Source: Octopus sinensis
Lineage: Eukaryota
Direction of reading: 5' to 3'
DNA length: 64,000 bases
NCBI RefSeq assembly: GCF_006345805.1
Contig: NC_043007.1
Coordinates: 21,700,001-21,764,000 of the forward strand
Shown here: positions 38,309 to 50,198 of the stretch, one piece after another
How positions within the stretch are numbered: position 1 is the stretch's first letter
Layout: the number at the start of each line of letters is the position of its first letter
The notes under the pieces: generated by a model
Seen by the model: only the letters and a program-made list of their open reading frames with translations
Told to the model about the DNA's origin: nothing
Database searches by the model: none
Program-made: the position numbers and the translations under genes

Positions 38309-39575
38309 TTTTCAACTTTTCATCATTAACATTGCATCTATCTTTTTCCATGTTATTTTTAGATCACCCGAACTTTCTTACATTTTGCCCTTTTTTTTTC
38401 TTTTTTTTTTTTGTAATTCTGTCAGCATCTGCACATATCTATCATTTATCCATCCTGGTCAGCTATTTTCATCTATTCTTGTGGTATCATGCATTTGTAA
38501 TCTCTCTTTAAGCTGACTATTCTACATTCAACAGGGTTTTGTTTTTTTTTTTTTAAGCATCTTTTTTCCTGCCAGATATTTGCAGTATATTTTCATTGTC
38601 ATTCTACTTTTCACTTGTATTACATGTTTTGTAGACAAATATCATCGTAAAAGATTACGCTAAGATAAAGCTACTATTAATCTGGAGAAGAATAACATTG
38701 TGTAGAATAAGCTAAGATAAACCTACTATTATTAATCCGAAGAAGAAAAGTACAATTTAATTTCAGTCTTCCTTTTATTTATTTTATATTAAAGTATGTA
38801 TGTGTGCTTGCTTATAATTAATGTTTTGTTTCATAATGAGATAAAAATAAATAGACTAAATTATAGATAATGAAGATAATTCCAGGTTTTAAGCACAGTG
38901 TGGAATGTGGAATGTAGAAGGCTGTAGTTTTTACAGTTCGCTGTGTGAACATTTTTTATTAAGGTGTCATCTAGTCTAGTATATATTTCTTGACTATAAT
39001 TCTACATATTTTCCAGAAACAATTTAAGGCTACATTGTTGGTTGTAAACGAGCATCATTGTCACACAAGTGGAGTAGTTTTTGTTTCCAGTTGTCTGTGA
39101 AAAACCATGTCTGACCATGGGAGAAAATATTGCCTAACTTGGAAACAGGTGAGGGTTGGTGACAGGTAGGGCATCCAGCTGTAGAAAATATCATTTTAAT
39201 GTCCACTTTTCCATGCTTTCGTGGGTTGGACAGAATTTGCTGAGGCAGATTTTTATACAACTAGATGCCCTCTCGCCAAACCTCACTTGTTTTCATGATG
39301 CTTGTTTTCTTTTAGGCAGGGAGACAGTAACACACACACACACATATATATATAAGTAAGAAAGGAGTTATGGATGTAACCCATTATGGGATATCAATTA
39401 TCCAATATTCTGTTGGTACAGTACCCAAATTCTTAATACACCAATGTTTTTAATTGCAATGCAATTAATTCATTAAATGGATTTGTTTCATTGGTCCTAT
39501 CAATTAACAGTCTTAAGTATGCAATGAACAAAATAAACGAATTCAATATAAATTCATCCTATTATAAAAATGCTG

Positions 39576-40317
39576 GTATGGTTTGACTGGGGGCTAGCGA
39601 GCCAGAAGGCTGCACCAGTCTCCAATCTGATCTGGCAAAATTTCTGCAGCTGGATGCGCTTCCTAAACTCCAAAAGTGTGGTGGGTGCTTCTACATGCCA
39701 CTAGCATGATGGCCAGCCTGGTGGTACTGGCAGCGGCCACGCTCAAATGGCGCCTTTCTTTTACGTACCACTGGTGCAGGAGCCAGTCCAGCGGCCCTGG
39801 CAACAATCATGCTTGAATGTTACTTTTAATGTTCTACTGGCACAGGTGCCAATCAGGCAATACTGTCATCATCCATGACAGTGATTTCACCTGTCTTAAT
39901 AGGTCTTTGCAAGCATAGTTTATTGTCCAATGGTTGAAGGGTACTCTTAAATGGGCTGGTTATACAGCCCTGGCATAGGCCATGGTTATGGTCTCACTTG
40001 GCTTGCTGGGACTTCTCAAGAAATGCATATTTCCAAAGGTCTTGGTCACTTGTCATTGCCTTGATGAGGCCCAATGTTCAAAGGTTGTGCTTCACCACCT
40101 CATCCCAGGTTTTCCTGGGTCTACCTCTTCCACAGGTTCCCTCAACTGTTAGGGTGTGACACTTTTCCAGACAGCTGTCCTCATCCATTCACAATGCATG
40201 ACCATACCAGTGCACTCATCTCTCTTGTACACTACATCTGATACTTCTTAAGTCCAACTTTTCTCTCAGGGCGCTTACACTCTGTCATGTATACACACTG
40301 ACATTACACATCCAGCA
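39576..40317 (-). mobile_element. RTE-clade LINE 3' end with 3' UTR
   Basis: Minus-strand translation LREKLDLRSIRCSVQER*VHWYGHAL*MDEDSCLEKCHTLTVEGTCGRGRPRKTWDEVVKHNL, followed by the same UTR as the (GAT)n-tailed family. Confidence 0.8.
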
Positions 40318-40890
40318 GATATATATATATATATATACACACATACATAATGCATACATACATACATATATATATATATATGCACGCGCACACACATATC
40401 TACATACATATGTTTGTGTTTGTCCCCGTCACTTAGTGGTTCAGCAAAAGACACCGATAGAATAAGTACTAGGCTTCCAAAGAATAAGTCCTGGGATTGA
40501 TCCATTTGACCAAAGGCAGTGCTCCAGCATGGCTGCAGTCAAATGACTGAAAAGAACAAGAGAATGGGGTCCACCAGGGGTGCAAGAGGAGGTGTCTGCT
40601 CCTCCCGAGCACATTTTTCAAAATTGGCACCTTTTCAACAATTTCTAACTCTTTAGTTTCCGATATCTGTCGATGTAAGTTCCATACATAACGACATTGT
40701 TATTGAAACATGAAATTAATGAATATAGAATACAATTACATATATTATAACTAATGAAAGATTTTGCATAATATAAGGCAAATGAGTTAAAAATTGTTTG
40801 GTATGTGCTTGCTCTTTCTAACTTCAGAACCTGGCTATGCCTCCAGGGTCCACCCAAGTAAAATAAGATTTAAAGAATCCATAGGTAAAA

Positions 40891-41125
40891 AAGGGGGCGA
40901 GCTGGCAGAAACCGTTAGTGCGCCGGGCAAAATGCGTAGCTGTATTTTGTCTGCCGTTACATTCTGAGCTCAAATTCCGCTGAGGTCGACTTTGCCTTTC
41001 GTCCTTTCAGGGTCGATAAATTAAGTACCAGTTACGCACTGGGGTCGATGTAATCGACTTAATCCCTTTGTCTGTCCTTGTTTGTTCCCTCTATGTTTAG
41101 CTTATTGTGGGTAATAAATAAACAG
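40891..41125 (+). mobile_element. SINE family B with 14-bp TSD
   Basis: TSD atccataggtaaaa at 40877-40890 and 41126-41139. Confidence 0.85.
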
Positions 41126-41436
41126 ATCCATAGGTAAAATAATTGGCTGAAAATCACTGATTTGAAGCAGTTTTAAAGAAATTCACATAACTTGTGTTTT
41201 TATTAGGAATTAAAGTAAACAAAATGTTTTGTTTATCAACCATCATTAAGAAAAACAAACTTGATGTTATGATTATTTTATGGTTCTTTTTTCTTTTTCT
41301 TTTTCTTAAAATCTATTTTACTTTAATTATACTATTTGTAATTAATTTTATGGGTGTTGTTTAAGTTAAGCTTTCAAAGAAGCCATTCTACAAATTTCTT
41401 CAAATCATGCAAAGCAAACCGTATGGAAATCTTATT

Positions 41437-41999
41437 CTACTTGTTTCAGTCATGACACTGCAGCCATTGAAGGGGCTCTGCCTTTAATGAATTCTAAGTC
41501 AAATGAATCGAACCCTGGACTTTTTTTTTTAAAGCTCTGTACTTATTCTGTTGGTCTCTTTTGCTGAACCACTAAGTTGTGGGGATGTATACACACATAA
41601 TATATACAACGGGCTTCTTTCAGTTTCCGTCTACCAAATCCATTCACAAGACTTTGGGCCGTTCAAGAATTTGGACCTGGAGATCTCCATTTCCAGTGAC
41701 TTCAAGGGCCACCTCCCAGTGGTGTCGGGCGTTGACGAAGAGCCCTCGACTACAAGACGACCAAAGTTTTTTTTTGGGGTTTTTTTTCCAAGGTCTGGGG
41801 TCTCCCGCCCCTAAGCGCTAGACCATCACCTAATCACCCTTACCCATCTTGTTGCTTAACAGCAACAACAACAACAAGGCTCTGGTCGGCCCAAGGCTTA
41901 CAGTAGAAGACGCTTGCTCAAAGTGCCTCGCAGTGGGACTGAACCCAGAACCATGTGGTTGGGAAGCAAGCTTCTTACCACACAGCCACACCTGTGCCT
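41437..41999 (-). mobile_element. SINE family A interrupted by a GC-rich insertion (41661-41878)
   Basis: Family A sequence resumes after the insert with duplicated caag(a/g)ct(t/c)tgg. Confidence 0.75.
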
Positions 42000-43538
42000 A
42001 TATTGCATATTTCATGCACACACACGTGTGCGTGCCCGCATGACATTAACAACTTGCAGAAGTGTTGTTCTTTTTCCCCAAAATAGATTCTCCTATTACA
42101 TTATTATATTTCTGTTATTATAAAACTTCTTAATTCCGATCAGCTGGCTACCCTTACAAATATCTTCACCGGTAAGCAGCTCTAGCGTGCATATTGTTGC
42201 GCTCAGCCTTAAAGAACATTTAGCCGCGAGAAGCAAATTTATTTGGCGCTCCTGTTTCTTTACTCAACCAACAAGAAACGGGAACTTATAAAGGAAATAT
42301 ATTATTGAAAACAGGCAAAAATAAGTGCAGTGAACTTATGAAGAAAGGTCCGGTCCGTCGTTTTTGATTTCGTTTTGTTAACGATGTCACGACACTGGAG
42401 TCTAATAATAAATACACCCGTGTTGTGGTTTGGTTTTATCGTAGACATGTGAAGTGTACTGCTTAGTGTAACGTGAGACTTATTTCATGAGAGTAGGTAG
42501 GTGCAGCGTGCCCCAGTCATACTGATGTGGTGAAACCTAGTGAGAAACAGTTTATATAAAAAGAACGTGGTGTAAGTTACATCCTATGACTTTGAGACAT
42601 TTCCAACTTGTAAAGAGGGGGCGGGGTCGTGTAGAAGGGAGAGAACTCTTATGTCTCGGCGATTGCGGGGTAGAATTTCGGGATGTTATAATCGTATTTT
42701 ATAAATATTTCCCGATTTGTTAGCTTATACTACCGTTTTTATTAATCTGACGTATCAACTGTGATGATTATGCTTTAGAAGTGGAGGCGCAGTGGTTAGG
42801 ACAATAATTAATAGTATGAAGGTAATAAAAAGTTTAGAAATTTTTACTACCAGTTGCCTAGCATGTAGAAAAAATTAGTCAATAGACTATATATATATAT
42901 ATATGTATGTATGTATGTATGTGTGTGTGTGTGTGTGGAGGCACAATGGCCCAGTGGTTAAGGCAGTGGACCTGCGGTCGTAGGATCGTGGTTTCGATTC
43001 CCAGACAGGGCGTTGTGAGTGTTTATTGAGCGAAAATGCCTAAAGCTCCACGAGGCTCCGGCAGGGTGGTGGTGGCGATCCATGCTGTACTCTTTCGCCG
43101 CAACTTTCTCTCACTCTTTCTTCTGTTGGCCTGCGAAGCGCATTGTGACCAGCGATGTGTAGCAACATCTGATAGCCTGGTCGGTCACAGTGATCACAGT
43201 GATTATGCTTTAGACGAAGACAGCGAGCTGGTAGGATCTTTAGTCCGCTGGACAAAATGCATGACGGCATTTCGTCCGTCTTTAGCTTCCTGGGTTCCAA
43301 TTCCGCCAAAGACGATTTTGCCTTTCATCCGTTCGCGACCGATATAATCGGACTTATTCCCTTGCCACAAAACTTCAGACCGTGTTCTTAAAACAGATAG
43401 AATTATTATGCTTGAAATTTTCGACACTTATGCTCTCAGTTCAGATTTCACCAAGATCAGATTCGCCTTTCGTCCTCTCAGGACACTTACACCTTCTCAA
43501 ATTACTGGTCAAAATTTGAAAGCGTTATTATACTTTAA

Positions 43539-43930
43539 ACTAGCAGTATCGCCCGGCATTGCTCGGGTTTGTTTTGACCCTTTAGAATTGGAATTTTTGA
43601 AAAGTAAAAATTTTGCATTATATAGCTTGTTATTCTCTTTAAGTGAACATTTTTCTGGTTGAAATACGCCGCAAAATGGCGACACAGCAGTCAAAAAATC
43701 ATAAACAATAGGGATTTTCATAGAAAAAAAGGGCCTATTTGATGTAAATAATTTTTGGTGTTAACATGGTCCGATTTGAATTTTTTTCTTCTACGGAATG
43801 AAGAGCAAGCCTTCTTCTATCATACTCTCAATTTTGGCCAACTTGCGTCGCAGGGTCTCGGAGGAGATAGTGTTAGTTGAAGGCTACCAAACTTGCCACA
43901 CACAGACAACTTCAGCTTTATATATAGAGA
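43539..43930 (+). mobile_element. HINE-like element, family H1
   Basis: ACTAGCAGTATCGCCCGGCATTGCTCGGG start with subterminal hairpin; ends cagacaacttcagctttatatatagag. Confidence 0.65.
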
Positions 43931-44605
43931 CATTTAGGCTGGTTGTCATTCATAGTTTTAGGGGTTTTTTTTATTTTTTATTTTTTTTATAAACTGTTGA
44001 ATTGTGATAAAAATCAAATAGGAACGCCATTGCTGTGTTCATAGGAAGGGTTTAGAGGCGAGGATTCTACTTATCTGACTGTTTACACATTTTATTAGTC
44101 ATCTTAGGTTCCTTCAAGTATCTGATGCTTAGTTTGTCAAAATTGTCTCTGGGATAGGTTCACAATTTTGCTTTGATGAGAACACTTGTAATAGATCAAA
44201 TTATGACACTCCTAAAGCATTTCAGCTTTAAATTAGGAAGAGTCTTCTAGAACAATGTACAGACTTGACAGCAGCCAATTGACTAACTAAGCTACACTGC
44301 TGAGAAAATATTGTTTTCACTTGAATCTTTTCATTGTAAATTTTTCTTTTTCTATACTAAAGACCTATTTTTATCATTGCTACTATCCAGCTAAGTAAAC
44401 ATGGATGAATCATAAACATGCTATGGCTGTATCATATTATTTTAGTTTACGGTTGATATCTTTCTCTTTTCTTTTTCTTTTTTTTCTCTATTTTCTACTT
44501 GTTTCAGTCATTGGACTGTGGCCATGCTGGAGCATCGCCTTAGAGGGTTTAGTCAAACATATCAACCCCCATTACTTTTTATATATATATATATATATAT
44601 ATATA

Positions 44606-45031
44606 GGTGCAGGAGTGGCTGTGCGGTAAGTAGCTTGTTTACCAACCACATGGTTCCAGGTTCAGTCCCACTGCATTATGTAGCTTGTTATTCTCTTTAA
44701 GTGAACATTTTTCTGGTTGTGTCTTCTACTGTAGCCTCAGGCCGACCAAAGCCTTGTGAATGGATTTGGTAGGCAGAAACTGAAAGAAGCCCGTCATATA
44801 TATATATGTGTGTGCGTGTATGTTTGTGTGTCTGTGTTTGTCCCATCCAACATCGCTTGACAACTGATGCTGGTGTGTTTATGTCCCCATAACTTAGCGG
44901 TTCGTCAAAGAGGCCGATAGAATAAGTACTAGGCTTACAAAGAATAAGTCCCAGGGTCAAGTTGCTCGACTAAATGCGGTGCTCCAGCATGGCCACAGTC
45001 AAATGACTGAAACAAATAGAAGAGTAAAAGA
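44606..45031 (+). mobile_element. SINE family A with an internal 48-nt foreign patch
   Basis: Family A head and tail; 44672-44719 is HINE-H1 sequence. Confidence 0.8.
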
Positions 45032-45793
45032 GTATATAGTTTGGTATTTATTCTATCAGCCCCTTTTGCTAAACTACACAAAAGTTACTGGGACATAAAC
45101 AAACCAACACCAGTTGCCAAGCAATGGTAGGGTGGAAAACAATCACACTCATCATCATCATCATCATCGTTTAAGGTCCACTTTCCATGTATATATCTAT
45201 ATGTGTGTGTGTGTGCGTATATGATGGGCTTCCACGCAGTTTCTGTGAACCAAATTTGCTCGCAAAGTATTGGTTAGCCCAGGGTTATAGTAGTAAAAGA
45301 CACTTGCCCAAGGTGCTGTGTAGTGAGACTGAACTCAAAACCACACGGTTGCAAAGCAAGCTGCTTAACCACACAGCCATGTCTGCTTGTTGCAGTGGAG
45401 CATCAGGATTTTCTTTCCATCATCCTTTCATTTAGTCTGTTTCATATTCGTTAATATTGATGCTAAAGACAGGGGTTTTGTGAATTACCGAGCATATACT
45501 AAAAAAAGAATGAGTGAGTTAGGGTCAATTGTTTCTGAAGGAGTGAAGTGAGATGATGCATTGGCCAAACTAGACATTTGGAAACTAAAATTCCTTCTGG
45601 GTAGGTAACCACTGCAACACGGGTGCATTTTTAGCAGATGGAAAATATAATCAATGTAGGGTAAAAATCATAGAATGACAGTATTTGTATCTGTTGTCAG
45701 TAACAATTGCTGTCATGTGCATCTGAAAGACCTATTCTATAACAACTTCAGTTAAAAAAAAAAAGAAAAAAAAATTACTTTTACAGTATTTAA

Positions 45794-45993
45794 CCTTTTC
45801 ATTACCGTGTTTCTTTCAATTATTTTAAATATAACAAAGAATTTAGTAAATTAATTTAGTTATCATTCAGCTAGTGTTAGGAACATAAATTGTGACTAAG
45901 GTTTGGTGGAAGATTTTAATTCAAAACTTATGGAAACTAAACATTTGTACTACAGGGCCAGAGCTGGTTTCAGGTGGGTTGGTATCAAAAGGG
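45794..45993. mobile_element. piggyBac-like MITE (same family)
   Basis: TTAA|CCTTTTCATTACC ... GGTATCAAAAGGG|TTAA. Confidence 0.75.
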
Positions 45994-46049
45994 TTAATGT
46001 GACACCATCACTAGTGCTTTCTACATGGCACCAACATGAGTGCTTTTAA

Positions 46050-46271
46050 CCCTTTTGTTCCCATATTTCTGTTGAGATGCTCTGTGTTTCTTTCAATTAA
46101 TTTTTAATATAACAAAGAATTTAGTAAAATAACTTTGTTATCATTCAGCTAGTGTTAGGAACATAAATTGTGACTAAAGTTTGGTGGAAGATTTTAATTC
46201 AAAACTTATGAAAACAAGGCATTTGTACTACAGGGCCAGAGGCGGTTTCAGCCAGGTTGGTAATGAAAGGA
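46050..46271. mobile_element. piggyBac-like MITE (same family)
   Basis: TTAA|CCCTTTTGTTCCC ... GGTAATGAAAGGA|TTAA. Confidence 0.75.
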
Positions 46272-46602
46272 TTAAGAGAGAGGTGTTAATGTTGTTTAGC
46301 CCTAGGCCAGTCTTGAATGAGCAGATCTGTGATCAAAGATGTTGCAGTTGTGACACTTCTATTATCTTATAGTAAATTGGAGATTTGGTTGCTATTTCTT
46401 GCAGGTCTAGTGATAATGTAGAAACTCTCTTGTACTCTGATGGGGACAGTATATTTGTGTCAGTTTCCAAAAGAATTCAATATTTTTAAAGAGTAACTTT
46501 GCTAACAACTTGTTAAATCCGTAATTTTAGAAAAGATTTGCACAGTGGACAAATATGGCCTGGAGACTGTGCTGTAGATCAGAGATATTGTTAACTAAAT
46601 CT

Positions 46603-47222
46603 AAGGCGCCAAGCTGGCAGAAACGTTTCGTCCAGCGTGCTAATGTTTCTGCCAGCTTGCCCCAATGCGTAGCCGTATTTCGTCTGCCACTACGTTCTGA
46701 GTTCAAATTCCGCCGAGGTCGACCTTGCCTTTCATCCTTTCGGGATCAATAAATTAGGTACCAGTTACGCACTGGGGTCGATATAATCGACTTGATCTGT
46801 TTGTCTGTCCTTGTTTGTCCTCTCTGTGTTTAGCCCCTTGTGGGTAGTAAAGAAATAGGTATTTCGTCTGCCACTATGTTCTGAGTTCAAATTCCGCCGA
46901 GGTCGACTTTGCCTTTCATCCTTTCAGGATCAATAAATTAGGTACCAGTTACGCACTGGGGTCGATATAATCGACTTGATCTGTTTGTCTGTCCTTGTTT
47001 GTCCTCTCTGTGTTTAGCCCCTTGTGGGCAGTAAAGAAATAGGTATTTCGTCTGCCACTATGTTCTGAGTTCAAATTCCGCCGAGGTCAACTTTGCCTTT
47101 CATCCTTTCGGGTTCGATAAATTAAGCACCAGTTACGCACTGGGGTCGATATAATCGACTTGATCCATTTGTCCTTGTTTGTCCCCTCTTTGTTTAGCCC
47201 CTTGTGGGTAGTAAAGAAATAT
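46603..47222 (+). mobile_element. SINE family B trimer (184-bp period) with 18-bp TSD
   Basis: cgtctgcc at 46681, 46865 and 47049; TSD atattgttaactaaatct at 46585-46602 and 47223-47240. Confidence 0.9.
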
Positions 47223-47671
47223 ATATTGTTAACTAAATCTGAGCTGAGAGGGCATGGAAGGAAGGAAATATATACATGCAAAGAATTATATTGTTGTAAA
47301 GTTTTGGCAATATCTTGTATTTAGAGTAAGGAGGATATTGAGAGAGTCAAATTACAAGACCATTTTCCAAAATACACAGGATTCTAATGAGGCCAGTTAC
47401 TTAGTTTCCCATGATGTATAAATAACCGAATTGGCAACATTCTCCCTGAAACGGATGCCAGTCTGTTTCAGGGTTAATCATTTACATCTGAATGGACTGG
47501 AGTATTGCGAAATGCAGGGTTTTGCTTATGAACATAACACATCACCCTGTCCATGATTCTGCAATCGTGAACACAACACCCTGACCATTGAGCTATAGAT
47601 TTTTTTTTTTTTAAATGAATATATGAGAGAGCTAAAGGTAGGGCTTACATGAGCAATACAAGAATAAAATA

Positions 47672-48057
47672 GGCGCAGGAGTGGCTGTGTGGTAAGTAGC
47701 TTGCTAACCAACCACATGGTTCCGGGTTCAGTCCCACTGCGTGGCATCTTGGGCAAGTGTCTTCTGCTATAACCCCGGGCCGACCAATGCCTTGTGAGTG
47801 GATTTGGTAGACGGAAACTGAAAGAAGCCTGTCGTATATATGTATATATATATGTGTGTGTCTGTGTTTGTCCCCCTAGCATTGCTTGACAACCGATGCT
47901 GGTGTGTTTATGTCCCCATAACTTAGCGGTTTGGCAAAAGAGACCAATAGAATAAGTACTGGGCTTACAAAGAATAAGTCCCGGGGTCGAGTTGCTCGAC
48001 TAAAGGCGGTGCTCCAGCATGGCCGCAGTCAAAATGACTGAAACAAGTAAAAGAGTA
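47672..48057 (+). mobile_element. SINE family A, full length, near consensus
   Basis: Same as 3039 copy. Further family A copies or fragments at about 1440-1607(-), 21910-22085(+), 22640-22830(+), 26906-27177(-), 40400-40562(+), 45050-45380(-), 51022-51380(+) and 60346-60722(-). Confidence 0.85.
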
Positions 48058-48169
48058 AGATTTGGAATTTAACAAAGGGAGTCTACTCTGCATGTAGCTG
48101 CTTGAAGTACCAACCTTAGAAATTATTCAAATAAAGAATTTTGAATTTGTGCTTGGATGTAAAACCTCA

Positions 48170-48945
48170 GATTCCAGTTTCCTGGTGATACAATTGTGCA
48201 AAAAAATAAAATAATAATAATAATAACATATATTATATTTGGTCAACATTGATAGGCTCCTGTGTTCTGTAGTTCAGTGGTTGGTAATGACAGATAGGTG
48301 TAGATAGATAGAGGGTTTATAAGCACTGCTTATTGTCTTCTGTACATCATATATGAGAGAGCTAAAGGTAGGGTTCGCATGAACAATACAAGAATAAAAT
48401 AAAATTTGGTCCACAACCTGTTCCACTCTGTTAAACAGTAAGACTAAGCACCATTAATTTTTGTCTTCAATCTTTTTTAATTTATTTTATTTCTTTTTGT
48501 AAATAATATAAAACTGGAAATGTAGAAAAGAGTTTGAAAAAAAATTCATGGTGGTTGGTTAATCATAGAAGAATATTGTAAGCAGGATAATTTTATCAAT
48601 ATGGTTATGATGAGTAGATGCTTATTCAATATTGGGGAGTGTACAATAGGATTCCTGACCGGATGATACAGGATTGGTACTAGAGATTACAGATACACAG
48701 TTTTGAGAGCATATAGTTTAGAAATGTGTACCTGAGTGTCAAGAGCATCTTCTGGTGTGTACAACATAGAAAAGTATGTGTAAGGTGAATGGATGATGAC
48801 GAGTTTGTAATAGAGTAGACTTAAAATAGATCTAGGTTCAGAATACAGTATTTAGGAAGATGTTATATTGCCGACACAGCTAACTTATGTTACCTTGTTG
48901 TTAGGTGGACATTAAATCAGAGCTTAAGGTGACAGGGTATAAGAT
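48170..48945 (-). mobile_element. Highly degenerate LINE (CR1-like) fragment; partial copies at 47618-47670 and 50455-50640
   Basis: Weak motif remnants (LPNIE*AST); local sequence similarity between the three sites. Confidence 0.35.
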
Positions 48946-48949
48946 GACA

Positions 48950-49190
48950 GAAGGGCAGCGAGCTGGCAGAAACGTTAGCATGCCGGGTGAAATGCGTAGC
49001 CATATTTCGTCTGCCGTTACGTTCTGAGTTCAAATTCCTCCGAGGTCGACTTTGCCTTTCATCCTTTCGGGGTCAATAAATTAAGTACCAGTTATGCACT
49101 GGGGTCGATGTAATCTACTTAATCCGTTTGTCTGTCCTTGTTTGTCCCCTCTGTGTTTAGCCCCTTGTGGGTAGTAAAGAAATAGGTATT
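48950..49190 (+). mobile_element. SINE family B monomer with TSD
   Basis: ggtat(a/t)agatgaca at 48936-48949 and 49185-49198. Confidence 0.85.
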
Positions 49191-49823
49191 AGATGACATA
49201 AATACTATTTTATCATTTTCTTTCAAAAGTTACTATGGATAATGTAACATTTGTACCTGATTAATCAATTACATGTCATTTTAATCATACAGGTGACTTC
49301 TAATCACTTTTTTTAAATAACATGTTTTATATTTTCATCTTAATGAATAGCTAATGTTTTCAATACATCTCTCATCTCTTTAAGTACCATTTCATCAAAA
49401 GCAGCTCATCAAGGAAAATTTCTTTACATTTTTTTTTATCATTAACCATTCTTATGCCAATAATGCTTTAATGCTTTCTCTTTTTCTTCTTTTTACCTTT
49501 TTTTTTTTCCATCATAATATTTTCCAGTGATGTTTTCCTCCTCATAATTCCTAAATTTTTTTCCTCTATCCTTTATCATGCTATAGCAAGTCCATTCTAC
49601 ATTCAGTTCTCACCAGAGCTTCTCCAAATAATCTTATCATTGACAGTTGTGTATGGTGTCTCCTGTCTTCATTTTTGCAATGTTTTTTTTCATCCATGTT
49701 CGCCATTATAATGCACTGACAACATGAAAAGTGTGTGTATGTGTTTTGTTCATTCAAACCAGCTTTCTTTGAGTGTTAGAAACCAATCTCTATTTCCAAT
49801 ATCATCTCAGCCATCTATCATAA

Positions 49824-50198
49824 ACTAGCAGTATCGCCCGGCGTTGCTCAGGTTTGTTTCGACCCTTTAGAATTAGAATTTTTAAAAAGTAAAAATTTTG
49901 CATTATGTAGCTTGTTATTCTCTTTAAGTGAACATTTTTCTGGTTGAAATACACAGCAGTCAAAAAATCGTATAAAATAGGGATTTTCATAGAAAAAAGG
50001 CACCTTTTTGATGTAAATAATTTTTGGTGTTAACATAGTCCGATTTGAATGTTTTCTTCTATGAAGGAAGAGCAAGCCTTCTTCTATCGTACTCTCAATT
50101 TTGGTCGACTTGCACCGCAGGGTTTGGGAGGAGATAGTGTTAGTTGAAGGCTATCAAGCCTGCCATACACAAACAACTTCAGCTTATATATAGAGAGA
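49824..50198 (+). mobile_element. HINE-like element, family H1
   Basis: Same termini and body as 43539-43930. Confidence 0.65.

Noticed and set aside
42144-42171. Possible 28-nt + strand microexon (atcag|...ccg|gtaagc) between the LIM exons
   Set aside because: Length is not a multiple of 3 and it would break the LIM domain; cannot be supported without RNA data.
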